From the NCBI GenBank assembly GCA_008369845.1, contig MRSU01009682.1:1-41341 (forward strand): a stretch of 41,341 nucleotides of DNA, read 5' to 3'. The position numbers and the translations under genes are program-made. The notes under the pieces were generated by a model that did not search any database, was not told where the DNA came from, and saw only the letters and a list, made by a program, of their open reading frames with translations. Of this stretch, positions 1 to 10,924 are shown piece after piece; the stretch's first letter is position 1, and the number at the start of each line of letters is the position of its first letter. The DNA comes from Trichomonas gallinae (Eukaryota).

Positions 1-84
1 CGCTCTGCCCGCCCAGGTCAGAAGCTTGGTCTTATCGCTGCCCGCCGCACAGGTCGCCGCCGTGGTACAGTCAACCTTGCATAA
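1..84 (+). CDS. RPL8: 60S ribosomal protein L8 (uL2), C-terminal fragment truncated by window start
   Basis: Frame 1 reads RSARPGQKLGLIAARRTGRRRGTVNLA*; GLIAARRTG is the conserved uL2 C-terminal motif; TAA at 82-84 forms TAAA. Not in the ORF track. Confidence 0.93.
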   Translation, partial: RSARPGQKLGLIAARRTGRRRGTVNLA

Positions 85-601
85 AGAATTACATTTCATT
101 CTTATTCAAAATCAATCAAATTCTTTAAAATTACCAATAATAATATGAAATCCAAAATAAAACTGTTGAATGAATGATTTTGAATAAAGTATATACAATG
201 AAACAAATATCATATTGGTTTATACAAATCATTTATTATCATTCACAATTGATTAATCTAGATTTTCATATAATTTAGCATGTGCGATTATAATGTCTAA
301 GATACAACAAAATAAAATGCAGCTATTTTAATCTTTAAAATCAATTTTGATAATTATTGAAAAAATAATAATGAGAATATGCCTAGCATCAATATAGAAT
401 ATTAACATATGGAAGATATATAATATAGTGATTAATGTAATAATACCATAAAATGAGTTTTCAGCTGGGAACAGAAATTTTCACAAGCATAGATTCAAAA
501 TGACAACAAAAACGGGCTCATTATGTCAAAATAAGGGAGAAAAACTAGAAATCTTAGGCATGGCCTTTCTCTGAGCCAAACCGCAAAATGCTCACAATTT
601 T

Positions 602-620
602 GGCGGTTTTGTAGCCCTTT
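602..620 (+). promoter_or_regulatory. Trichomonad M3-like (GGCGGTTT) and M5 (CCTTT) core promoter pair upstream of RPS25
   Basis: GGCGGTTT at 602-609 and CCTTT at 616-620, just before the ATG at 628; M3/M5 is a known Inr-independent T. vaginalis core promoter type found at ribosomal protein genes. Confidence 0.65.
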
Positions 621-627
621 TTGTTCT

Positions 628-981
628 ATGTCCGCTAAAGGAGGCGCTCGTAAGAAATGGACCAAGGCTACCAACAAGGAGAAGAGGGAGTTCGCAGTCA
701 TCATCACCGCCGAGCAGGCTGCTGATATGCAGAAGTCTGTTCCAAGGAGCAAACTCATCTCCCCAGGCAAGCTCGCTGAACGTTATAAAATCTCCCTCAC
801 TTGCGCTCGCAAGGCCCTCGAATCCATGGTTGCTGAAGGAAAGATCGTCCCAGTAATCAATGGCCATGATCTCAAGTGCTACGGACCACATCCAGACCTC
901 GTTGTTGAGAAGGTCGAAGAGGCTGAGGTTACTGAAAAGAAGCAATCAGGCAAGAAGGGTGGCAAGAAGAACCAACAGTAA
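628..981 (+). CDS. RPS25: 40S ribosomal protein S25 (eS25)
   Basis: 117 aa basic protein: KKWTK, KLISPGKLAERYKISLTCARKALESM; strong codon bias; stop overlaps TAAA. Confidence 0.92.
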   Translation: MSAKGGARKKWTKATNKEKREFAVIITAEQAADMQKSVPRSKLISPGKLAERYKISLTCARKALESMVAEGKIVPVINGHDLKCYGPHPDLVVEKVEEAEVTEKKQSGKKGGKKNQQ

Positions 982-1374
982 AATTTGAATATATTCAATT
1001 TTGATCTTTCAATAAAGTTTTACATCCGCCTTTACTAATCTTTTTACTAATGGAATTGGTTCCATTACAATCAACCTCAGAATTGAACTTTTATTTTTTT
1101 GAAATTTTATTTTTAATCAATATAGCTTTGAGACATATTGAATATCAAAATACTATCTTTTTATATTGAATATATCTTTCTATTTTTGGGATTTGTTGAA
1201 TATTTTTTGGAAAATTAAATATTAAATGATTTTTCAATTTTTCACTTGTCATATGATAGTTCTACTTGCAGATAATTGATATTATGACTTAAAAGGCCAA
1301 AATAATGAAGTTTTTCGTGAAAAAATTTGAAAAACTAAAATGAACGTTTAAAAAATTTCTAAATTTTTTGAAAT

Positions 1375-4300
1375 ATGGGAGATGAAGTTCCAGAAAAAGA
1401 TTATGATTTAAGTAATCTTCCTCCTGAGGCCTTCGCTGATCCAAATGGAGGCGTGCAGGTCGAAGAGGAGGAGATTGTTCCGATGATTTTATCATTAACA
1501 CTTAATAAACGTAAATACGTAAAAGATAACGAACCAGACAACTGTGGTGAGATATCTATTTCAAAAGATGCCGCGACAAAGCAATTAAGTTTACTCATTG
1601 GTAACGATTTCAATTTATTAAAAGCAAGAGCTTTCAAAAACAAAATCAAAGGACTCAACGCATTACAAACCATACTCAACAAAGAATACGACCTTGATTC
1701 AAACGCAGACGCAGTATATAAGGGACTTGAATCGTTAATAGGTTGGAAAGAGAGAATTTCAGGCGTAAATAGCATGCTCATTGATATATTCAGGACTACA
1801 CTCGTTAAATCCAATAATATCAAAAAATCCACAATCGCAATAATTATTCCATTTTTAGTTGAGAAATTAAACGATTCTGCACTCAAAAAGCCATCATCTG
1901 AGCTACTTGAAATCATTGCTGAAGCAATTTGCCCTTCATTCGTTCTCCTTCATGCTTGCACTGCAATTTCAACGATGAAGAACGCGAAAGCGCAAAATTC
2001 TGCACTTGAAGTCATATTGAATATTGTCGAAGTGTTCGGTTTAGGCAACATTTCGATCGAAAACTTTCTTCCTGTTTTGATAAAATTATTAGAAAACACA
2101 AACAAGGATGTTAAAGCCAAAGCCATCAAAATATCATCATACATCTACAAAGAACTCGGCGAAACATTCCAGAAACAGTTAGAAACGCTTCCAAACTCAG
2201 TTCAAAACATGTTAAATGAAGAATTCAAGGAATCTAAAAACCTTCCAAATCCAACGAAGAAGTTCTACAGGACAAGCAATGTCAATGCATTGGAGGAGCT
2301 CGCGAAACTCAATGAACAGCTCAATAAAGAAAAAGCAGCAGAGGATGCCCAGAAGGCCAAAATCTCGAATGTTATTACACCTGAAGTCCTCGCAGCTGCT
2401 GCGAGCGCACAAAAGTTCAAAGACTTCGATGAATTCTTCAAGACAATCGATGGAGCAATTGCTGAGATGCCGTACATCATGACAAGCGATCTTGGGCCAG
2501 TCATGTCTCTATTCAAGGATTATATGACAAAAAGCGACAGAATCATTCTGAACACATTCGCGACTCTCGCAAAAATTGCTCAAAAAGCTGACGGCGATTT
2601 CGGCAAGTATGCTCGCACATTTGCCCCATACATTGTCCAAAGGTGGACTGATTTCAGCGAGCACAACAGAGACATTGTCACTGCGACAATCAATGCATTC
2701 CTTCCAAAAAGTGGTCCTACACCATTCATCGATGCACTGACAAAAGTTTCAACTGACGCCAAGTTTGTCATGGGATCCAGACTGTCTTCTCTCGCATGGA
2801 TGGAGAGCAACTTCAGTACTTTCACACCACCTGATATAGAGAAGCTGAAAACAATCGTTCAACCATTTATGAACGACAAAGTTGCAAATGTCAGAAAGGA
2901 AGCCCAAAAGATTTTGGATTTGTGCGGCGTTCCTCCGAAACCGAAGGAAGAGAACTTAGCTAAGACAACTAAAGAGATCCCATCATCTCCAATTACAAGG
3001 CAAGTCAGAAAGAAGACTAAATCGACAGAAAAGAACCAAAATGAATCATCAATGATTGTTCAGAAAGAAAAAGAGAAAGAAAAGGAAGAAAAACCTGTCG
3101 TTGAAACACCAAGATTCACACAAGCTACTGCATCAAAGAAGCAGAAGAGACTTGCTTTATTGGTAAAGATTGGACAGGCTCTCATCAGCAACAAGCAGAA
3201 CATTGTTCCTTTCGGAGACAAGTGTAAACTTGACGCTAGCAATCATCTTCCTCCATCCTACACAACGAAACTCTTCAGCAACCAAATGAATGAGCAGCTG
3301 AAAGTTCTGGAGGAGATGACACAGTTCTTCGAAGGAAATGAAACGAACTTTTACAACTGCTCAGATATATTCTTGAGATGGTTCATTATCAAGTTATTTG
3401 ACAAAAACATCAAGGTTGTTTTGGACGGAATCCAATTCATCTCAAAACTTTACACAGAAAACAATTTGATGACATCCCAAGAGTTGGACATGATTGTTCC
3501 AGTGATCATCTGGTGCATCGACAACAAATCACAGCAAATCGTTGATTCCGTTCTTGATTTGCTTGTAACAATTCGTTTGCACACTGATGTAAATGAATAC
3601 TCATTGAGTCTGCGCGCTTGCATCCCTGGTGCATCAACACAGGCTTTGTTGCACATTTTCTCTGAGCTTCAGCTCTGCGTCGGCGAGAACTCATCGAACA
3701 AAGAAGTTTTCTTCGAGTTGATGGGATTCGCGAACAGCAACGAAGTCGGCGTTTCAGCTGCATGCGGAGGTGTTTTAGCTCTCATTGCCAAGAATATGAC
3801 ACAAGAACAAAAAACGAATCTTTTCAACTCATTTACACAAGAGCAAATTGAGTTCTTGATGCCTTTCATCCCAATTAATACAAGCGGCGATGTTACATTC
3901 GAAGATTTCAGCGAATCATCGCAAGCAGACAAAGCCCACATTTTGAGGACATTAGTTCAACAATTGAGCACAAATCCAGACGCTGTTGAATTTCAAGCGC
4001 AGACAATTGTTGAACAGCTTTCCAAAGAACTCATGCAAACAGAAGCTAACTACGGCATCCTCAAGCAAGCTCTCTTTGTTCTTCACGAAGCAACTTCTCG
4101 CTTTGATGTCACAAATGAAGCCCTACAGGAAGAATTGGGCTCAATTTGTTTCGTCGCAACATACTTCAACAGATCGCTCAAGGCAATTGATGGAGTCGCT
4201 CAAATGATCAACTCATTGATTTACAAACTGTTTGAGAAGCTTCCAGCAGCTTTGAGTTTCATTTCGCTTTTGCGCTCAATGGAAACAGTAGAATCTGTAA

Positions 4301-5391
4301 CTGCTACATCATTCTTTGCGAAGGCTTTCGTTGTTCTTGTGTCATCAGTCATTGACAGAGAAGAAGCAGAACTCGAAGAAGCCAAGAAATATTTGCAGTC
4401 GCAGCTTCCTTCAATTCAAGCTTCTGTTTCTAAACAAAAGAAAGATGATGTAAGAGTTCAGTTAGTTGAAACAGCCATTCAAGCAATCACTCAGAAGTTT
4501 GCTCCACCAGTTACAACAGTTGCTAAGAAATCTGTCATAGCAAAGAATGAAGAAGTTGTTTCTAAGAGGCCGTCAATTAAATCTCAGTTTGTCAAAGAAG
4601 AAACACCAAAGAAGCAGAAGAAGAAGAACAACAGCATCTTTGATGACAGCTCTTCTATTTTGCAGAACTCGCCACACTCAAAGTCGAACTTGACAGAAGT
4701 GTCTGAGATATTGAGTCCGCAGAAAGAAATGAGATCATCTTTCATCAACGAAGAACCGAAACCAGCACCAAAGCAAAATATTCTCAGATCCTCTAAAAAA
4801 TCAGCAAAGAATGAAGAAGAAAAGGTTACAATTAATGCTAAGCCAGTTCGTTCTGCTCGTAAATCAGTCAACAACAACAATAATAACAATGATCTAGTCA
4901 TCAGCGCGTTGCCAAAAGAAGAGCAAAGCCCGGTTAAAATCGTCAAATCACCGATAAAGATGATGTCACCTGTTGTCAAGTCTCCTAGAGAGTCTGCTGT
5001 CACTCCAACGAAGGGATCAATGAATGAGAGCCTCCTCAACACTCCATCACCAATGAATAAGGCAAGTGAGATGCCTGTTTCACCAAAGATTTCTCCAATG
5101 AAGATGCTATACAACAGAGACGGAAAAGATGAACCTGTTAAAACAACAATGTTAACACCAACACGTTTGGAGATTATCACTCAATCCCGTGGATCTCCAG
5201 TGGCTAAAGCTTTATCCACAGCTATTAACAATCCTCCAGAGAAAGTCGAAGAAAAGAAAGAAGTTAAAAATGATAAGCCAAGAATGTCAACGGGCTCTAA
5301 ATCATCTAAACATGCAACAAAGAAGGATGATCAGAAGGCAACTCAAATGAAAGCAAGAATAGAAGCACTTAGAAAGAGATGGGGAAAGTAA
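1375..5391 (+). CDS. XMAP215/ch-TOG (Dis1/TOG) family HEAT-repeat microtubule-associated protein
   Basis: GWKE...FLVEKLND...IAEA...KNAKAQNSALEVILNIVEVFG...NTNKDVKAKAI resembles TOG3; KISNVITPEVL resembles the TOG4 start; DIFLRWFIIKLFDKNIKVV resembles TOG5; basic S/T-P-rich disordered tail. Confidence 0.8.
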   Translation: MGDEVPEKDYDLSNLPPEAFADPNGGVQVEEEEIVPMILSLTLNKRKYVKDNEPDNCGEISISKDAATKQLSLLIGNDFNLLKARAFKNKIKGLNALQTILNKEYDLDSNADAVYKGLESLIGWKERISGVNSMLIDIFRTTLVKSNNIKKSTIAIIIPFLVEKLNDSALKKPSSELLEIIAEAICPSFVLLHACTAISTMKNAKAQNSALEVILNIVEVFGLGNISIENFLPVLIKLLENTNKDVKAKAIKISSYIYKELGETFQKQLETLPNSVQNMLNEEFKESKNLPNPTKKFYRTSNVNALEELAKLNEQLNKEKAAEDAQKAKISNVITPEVLAAAASAQKFKDFDEFFKTIDGAIAEMPYIMTSDLGPVMSLFKDYMTKSDRIILNTFATLAKIAQKADGDFGKYARTFAPYIVQRWTDFSEHNRDIVTATINAFLPKSGPTPFIDALTKVSTDAKFVMGSRLSSLAWMESNFSTFTPPDIEKLKTIVQPFMNDKVANVRKEAQKILDLCGVPPKPKEENLAKTTKEIPSSPITRQVRKKTKSTEKNQNESSMIVQKEKEKEKEEKPVVETPRFTQATASKKQKRLALLVKIGQALISNKQNIVPFGDKCKLDASNHLPPSYTTKLFSNQMNEQLKVLEEMTQFFEGNETNFYNCSDIFLRWFIIKLFDKNIKVVLDGIQFISKLYTENNLMTSQELDMIVPVIIWCIDNKSQQIVDSVLDLLVTIRLHTDVNEYSLSLRACIPGASTQALLHIFSELQLCVGENSSNKEVFFELMGFANSNEVGVSAACGGVLALIAKNMTQEQKTNLFNSFTQEQIEFLMPFIPINTSGDVTFEDFSESSQADKAHILRTLVQQLSTNPDAVEFQAQTIVEQLSKELMQTEANYGILKQALFVLHEATSRFDVTNEALQEELGSICFVATYFNRSLKAIDGVAQMINSLIYKLFEKLPAALSFISLLRSMETVESVTATSFFAKAFVVLVSSVIDREEAELEEAKKYLQSQLPSIQASVSKQKKDDVRVQLVETAIQAITQKFAPPVTTVAKKSVIAKNEEVVSKRPSIKSQFVKEETPKKQKKKNNSIFDDSSSILQNSPHSKSNLTEVSEILSPQKEMRSSFINEEPKPAPKQNILRSSKKSAKNEEEKVTINAKPVRSARKSVNNNNNNNDLVISALPKEEQSPVKIVKSPIKMMSPVVKSPRESAVTPTKGSMNESLLNTPSPMNKASEMPVSPKISPMKMLYNRDGKDEPVKTTMLTPTRLEIITQSRGSPVAKALSTAINNPPEKVEEKKEVKNDKPRMSTGSKSSKHATKKDDQKATQMKARIEALRKRWGK

Positions 5392-6246
5392 ATCATTTGA
5401 ATAAATATTAGATGTTTAAACAACAAAAACAATCTAATTCTTTCATAAATAGCTTTGGGAAAAATGCACTACCAATATAAATACATTATTTTATAGACTA
5501 AAAAACTACGAGGGGTTATTGTATGGGGCTTAATATTCATAACTTCAAAAAAGCTTTACACGGACATTTGATGAACGAAAAATTAATATAAGTATTTGGA
5601 ATATAGAGCTGAGATTAATAAGAATTATCGATAAGAACAAAAACTCTATGTAAGAAAAACTAAACAGTATAATAATCATTGTGATGAAAAAATAATTCCG
5701 ATTTATTAAAAAAATGTATTGTCAGCGAGTGAATATAACTTAGCAAACTCAGCATTATTCTTTTGCATAGAGAGTGATTATTACAATATATTTTTGGTTT
5801 ATTTCTCAAATTTATTCGAAAAATGGAGCTTTTTGTCTTCCAAAATAGTATTATTCAATATAGTGATTAAATATAAGAAGGGTTAAAGCTCAATATTATT
5901 TAGCAAGATTAATTTCATGATCAATTCTGAGGAACTGAGGAAATGACATCTTTTCGGGATGCAGTCCATCAAACGGGGCTTATTTTGAGTTTATATCAGA
6001 TAATCATGATTTGAAATTAACGGAAATTTCGTATTTACTTGGATATTAGCTTCCGTTGGCTTAATTAACGCATTTCTCGCTAGATTGACTGTAGAAAGAC
6101 TAAATATTCTAAGAATAAAAAATATTTGACAAATGTCAAAATTTTTGTCAGAACTTTTTGTAATGAAAAATTTTCTTGTAAAAATCAGCATATTACTAAG
6201 CATGGTTTTTATTTTTACATTTTTTTAAAAAAATTTTAAGTATAAA

Positions 6247-9200
6247 ATGAATGAACATGATTTCGGGGAGAGTAAGCGTTGCTTTGGTCTTTATAAGTCA
6301 TGCAACGCTTACAACTCGTCGGAAAAGCTTCCCAAATTCATTCATTTTATGCGCGGAATTGTTCTAATTATATATTCAATATCATATAATTGGGGATGTT
6401 TTTATCCTTTGCAGGATTCATTGCAAATTACAGAGATTCTCAGGACGACTTCCATGTTTTTCTACGCAAGATATTTTCTTTCACCGAAACAATATTCAAT
6501 AGTTTTCTTTTCGATTGCATTTTTCTTTTTATCAGTGTTTTTCTACGTATTAGTCTTCAGACCATCACTACTATTGCAACGAAAGGTCAGTTACTTTGTC
6601 CGATTAATTATTGAAAGTTTATCACCGATTTTTTACATTCTCACCGCATGCAATCTTCAACAAGTGATATTCGATTTCTATTACAAAATAGAATACGACT
6701 ATTTGGGCCTTGTATTTTCAATATTGGCTCTATTAATATTCTTATTTTTATATTGGTTCGACACACACGCGTCTTCACATACAATATACATTCAAGACAT
6801 GCCATGCAGAGGAATGGAAACATATCCAGCCTTTTTTGTCAATGTTTATTTAAGTGTTTCGGTCCAATTTCAAATTTTATATCCGCGATTTGGCAAAACT
6901 GCATTAATTTCGATCTCATCGATCATATTATTTGGTGAAATAATACATTGCATCGTGTTATCCAGAAATCCTTTTATCTCTCAGCTTTTTACAGCCGTGT
7001 CACTTAGCTCAGTATCATATGCTATACTTTACAACATATTCTACATCATTTGCCAAGTTTTAAACCTCGATATTGCAAATGATTTGGTTCCTGTTGTTTT
7101 CCTTATCTGCACTATCGGGTATTTTATAGGAATTGCTATTTCCTCAAAGATTAACTATGCGTGCGAATCATTTGATGAATCAATATTATATGATACAAAA
7201 CACATAGGCGATGAAGAACTTTCAGACTTAGATTTAGACCCAGTAACTCACTTCTCATACGATTTGGCAAATTCACATAAAGCAATTCGCGTTATGCATA
7301 AAATGTTATTTAATCAAGAAACAAAAACAGTCGATTTCGCCAAATTCTGCATATTATCATCTGCAAATTTAAGAGTCAAACTTGAAGCATACAGAATTCT
7401 CATAATATTACACAAACAAACAGAATTCGATCATGACGAACTTCTTTCGATCTCATTTAGAGAATGCCCATTCGCATTCAAGCAGCTGCTGTTTGATATG
7501 CAGAAAGAAATCATTTCTCTTGACCAATACAACAGATTAGATCCAGAAACAATGGCCGACCTTAAAAACGACTTATATCAGATCAGAGTAGCATTGTTTA
7601 GCCTCATAGATTCGATATGTACAGACACGCAAACATATCTTCGCGAGATTGTCTACAAATTCAACGTCGCGAGAAGGAATTTCGAAGAACACGCTTTCTC
7701 TAAGATGCTGACGACTCCAGACTGCTACCACATCTCTCTTCTCATCTCCAAGTACTACGAGGATATCATGCACAGGACAGACTTGGCGCAGAGGTGGAGG
7801 GAATATTCACAGACGCTAAACAAACCGAAAGAAAACGATTTTAGAGAGAAAAACGAGAAAATAATGAAAAGACAGTCGAAACTTGACACAGCGAAAGCAG
7901 AAGGTATGTATTCGATCATCAAGACAATGAACTCTTTATCGCTTTATGGAATCTCAGTCACGTTATTTGTCATGCTAATTTCCATGTTCTTCTATCTCAT
8001 CGCCAGCCTATATCCATACCAAATCTCACCGGTGATGAATGCTGACATTTTCAGCCTCGCGACTTTACTCTCTTTAATTTCATTCAAGCCGGAACACGAA
8101 ATCGCTACAATCCTTTCTCAAACAATGGCAGCAAACGATTCGTATTATGTGCCATTCAACAATTCGATAAATAATTTGGAGTTTTCGCAATACATAGATA
8201 TAGACTTAGGCCAGCTGACAGAAGTCATCGATGACCAAATCACGAACATCAGGAAGACTTTAGACAGAAACGTTTTCCCATACTGGGAGCAGACAGCAAT
8301 AACGAATTACTCAAACCTCACGATCAGATTCGAGTTCGCTAAATTCAGCGCAGGCTCTGATTTTGAGTTCCTCTTTAATAACGACAACAAGAGAATCACT
8401 TACAACTACATGGAGCGCTACAACAGCCTCACATACACTTTCCCGATTCTTTTGGCGCAAATTCCGGAACTCGTCAACGCAATGAGCAACTCTTCTATAA
8501 TAACATACAAGTGGTACATTTTATCTGTCGCTTTGCTGTTGGTCGAAGTCGTCATATTCTTGCTGTTCCTCATAATAAGACGAAATGTCGAGTTACAGTA
8601 CTACTGGGAGTCGCTTTTGACAATCGATGTCAAGAAACTGACAATGATTCGCTCAAGTCTCGTGAATGGCGAAAATCTCGTCCAGGACCATACAGCTGGC
8701 ACGACGAGTAGCTCAGATGCTGACAACCTGCTCGGCAGTGACGAAATTGAGAGCAGTGGATCAGGGCAGAGCTCAGAGACACAATCAGCGCAGAACAAAC
8801 TTGCATACGAAGAAATCGATGAAGCTGAGATTACCCCGCAGAAGTTCTACTTCGCAAGCCCGATGAATAATGTCAACATCACGATTTACGCTGTCGTCGT
8901 CATCGTTGGCTCTTTATTTGTTTTCATCGGTTATCCATTCACGATCCTTAAATACATCAAATACACAGGCCGTCTTCTCGGTGACAGCTGCGGTGTCGTT
9001 TCTTCAGTAAATCACGCGCTTTCATTGATTACAGTCTACGCTGGCATTAACTTCACTGCCTACAACGAGAACTCAAGAAATGCACTCAAGAAATTTGTCA
9101 CTCAGCAGAGGGAAACATTGTCAAACGCGACATATAACTCAGACTTCCTTCTCAAGGATGAAATATTCAACATAGACCTTCACACAGCACAGACAGCAAT

Positions 9201-10833
9201 TGACGTCATAATCGACTACATCAAGCAGGCATTGGCCATGACAGCAGACACCAGCGATATAACGAAAGAGAACCTTTTGAATCTGACGTCCATTGTCTAT
9301 CCAAATATTAGCGATGCAGTCTTCCAGTTCTACACAAACACAACAGAAATCTTCTACAAATCCAGCCAGAGAGTTTTTGTCGTCAAAACAGTTTTATCCA
9401 TTGTTCTCTTTGTCTGCATCTTCGGCTTCATCTGCTTAGGTACTTATCGCGCTTACGCTCTCTACCAAGAAGATATTGCAATCCGCAGCATTCTGCTGCT
9501 TCTCCAGGAGAAAGATTTATCAATGCTCGCTCGATTAAATGTTTTACTCAACCCTGTGAAAAACTTGGCAATTAAAACTACTGCTGACGATGAGCAGAAC
9601 ATTTCGAGACAGATTTTCACGACATCAACATCTTCTGTTTTCCTTCTTGACGCTGAGTTCGTTGTCCAAGATGTTAACGCAGCAGGCTGTCAGCTTTTGA
9701 AGCGCAAGAAGATGAACATCATTCAGTCCAACATGCGTTCGTTCATTGTCAAACCGTCTGAGAACGACGTCTTCCGCGATGGCTACTACGCGATGAAGAA
9801 CTACATCAGGAGGCTTATAGACACAAACGGCGTCTCCGCAGGTAAAGACAACATGTTCAACCTCTTGATAAGAGCCGATGATGCCAGAATCACTCCCGTT
9901 TTCCTGACAGTCGTTAACCTTCTTAAAGTCGGCGTCTGGGACAGATCCATGGCCTTTGGCTTCATCATGAACGACTGCTCCGAATATACACAGAAAGAAC
10001 AGAGATACCTCGAAGCCCGTCAGAAGATCTCCAAACTTCTCAACGACATTTTGCCTCCAATCATCGCCATGCGTCTGATTTCCAAGTCTGAGCAGCGCGA
10101 ACGCGCAATTTCCACGGACCAATTCCCAAGACTGATGTCGCACGCCAGGCATCGCAGCGTTAGAGTTGAGTCTGTAGAGAGAGAAAGCTCAGGAACACAA
10201 TCTCCAAGACAGCAATACAGGCAAGACTCCCTCATCAGCCGTGTCGACAAAGCAACTGTTATCTTCATCGGCATCACAAACTTTGTCGACTGGTGCAACA
10301 GAACTTCGCACACAGAGATCATGGAACGACTTGAAATCATTTCCACGATGCTCGATTCAACACTCGCGAAGTTCCCAACACTGACAAAGATCAAAACAAT
10401 TAACGGCGTTTATATGGCAGCTGCAGGCCTCTTCAATGAAGTCACAGACAAAACTCTTGAGCACGAAGCTGTCCAATTCGCATACGAAGGTGGTAAAAAG
10501 ATTCTCGAGCAATCTTTCTTCAACCAGAACCACATGTCTCTCGTCATCGGTATCAACACTGGTGGCCCAATTATTTCTGGCGTCTTAGGCACAGATAAGC
10601 CTTTCTTCGATGTATGGGGTGATGCTGTCAACGTCGCTGCTCGTCTTGAAACATCAGCAGAGCCAAACACAATGCAGATGAACTACGAAACAGTCCAAGA
10701 ACTTCCGCATGGCGCCTTCAAGATCAGAGAACGTCCAGGGTTAAGACTTAAGGGTAAGGAAGGACTTTTCACAGCCTATGTCATTGATCTCGTTGACCCT
10801 GAATGCGCCAACATCTGTCAACAAAACGAATGA
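6247..10833 (+). CDS. Multi-pass transmembrane adenylyl cyclase-family protein with PAS-like and class III cyclase domains
   Basis: Many hydrophobic segments; PAS-like segment (VFLLDAEFVVQDVNAAGCQLL); LLNDILPPIIA signalling helix; KIKTI, IGINTGGPIISGVLG, FDVWGDAVNVAARLE. This family is known to be expanded in T. vaginalis. Confidence 0.9.
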   Translation: MNEHDFGESKRCFGLYKSCNAYNSSEKLPKFIHFMRGIVLIIYSISYNWGCFYPLQDSLQITEILRTTSMFFYARYFLSPKQYSIVFFSIAFFFLSVFFYVLVFRPSLLLQRKVSYFVRLIIESLSPIFYILTACNLQQVIFDFYYKIEYDYLGLVFSILALLIFLFLYWFDTHASSHTIYIQDMPCRGMETYPAFFVNVYLSVSVQFQILYPRFGKTALISISSIILFGEIIHCIVLSRNPFISQLFTAVSLSSVSYAILYNIFYIICQVLNLDIANDLVPVVFLICTIGYFIGIAISSKINYACESFDESILYDTKHIGDEELSDLDLDPVTHFSYDLANSHKAIRVMHKMLFNQETKTVDFAKFCILSSANLRVKLEAYRILIILHKQTEFDHDELLSISFRECPFAFKQLLFDMQKEIISLDQYNRLDPETMADLKNDLYQIRVALFSLIDSICTDTQTYLREIVYKFNVARRNFEEHAFSKMLTTPDCYHISLLISKYYEDIMHRTDLAQRWREYSQTLNKPKENDFREKNEKIMKRQSKLDTAKAEGMYSIIKTMNSLSLYGISVTLFVMLISMFFYLIASLYPYQISPVMNADIFSLATLLSLISFKPEHEIATILSQTMAANDSYYVPFNNSINNLEFSQYIDIDLGQLTEVIDDQITNIRKTLDRNVFPYWEQTAITNYSNLTIRFEFAKFSAGSDFEFLFNNDNKRITYNYMERYNSLTYTFPILLAQIPELVNAMSNSSIITYKWYILSVALLLVEVVIFLLFLIIRRNVELQYYWESLLTIDVKKLTMIRSSLVNGENLVQDHTAGTTSSSDADNLLGSDEIESSGSGQSSETQSAQNKLAYEEIDEAEITPQKFYFASPMNNVNITIYAVVVIVGSLFVFIGYPFTILKYIKYTGRLLGDSCGVVSSVNHALSLITVYAGINFTAYNENSRNALKKFVTQQRETLSNATYNSDFLLKDEIFNIDLHTAQTAIDVIIDYIKQALAMTADTSDITKENLLNLTSIVYPNISDAVFQFYTNTTEIFYKSSQRVFVVKTVLSIVLFVCIFGFICLGTYRAYALYQEDIAIRSILLLLQEKDLSMLARLNVLLNPVKNLAIKTTADDEQNISRQIFTTSTSSVFLLDAEFVVQDVNAAGCQLLKRKKMNIIQSNMRSFIVKPSENDVFRDGYYAMKNYIRRLIDTNGVSAGKDNMFNLLIRADDARITPVFLTVVNLLKVGVWDRSMAFGFIMNDCSEYTQKEQRYLEARQKISKLLNDILPPIIAMRLISKSEQRERAISTDQFPRLMSHARHRSVRVESVERESSGTQSPRQQYRQDSLISRVDKATVIFIGITNFVDWCNRTSHTEIMERLEIISTMLDSTLAKFPTLTKIKTINGVYMAAAGLFNEVTDKTLEHEAVQFAYEGGKKILEQSFFNQNHMSLVIGINTGGPIISGVLGTDKPFFDVWGDAVNVAARLETSAEPNTMQMNYETVQELPHGAFKIRERPGLRLKGKEGLFTAYVIDLVDPECANICQQNE

Positions 10834-10924
10834 TTTGTTTTTATATTTATTATTTTGTTTGATTTCAATTTTTTTATATAAATATTTATTTGTATTATAA
10901 TAAAAGATCTAAAAAAAAACTAAA

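Noticed and set aside
5745..5992. RNase MRP/P RNA (CAAACGGGGCTTA resembles CR-V; possible AAACTCA/TGAGTTT P1)
   Set aside because: I found no CR-I GAAAGTCCCC-like partner for P4 upstream; an Infernal search would be needed to revive this.
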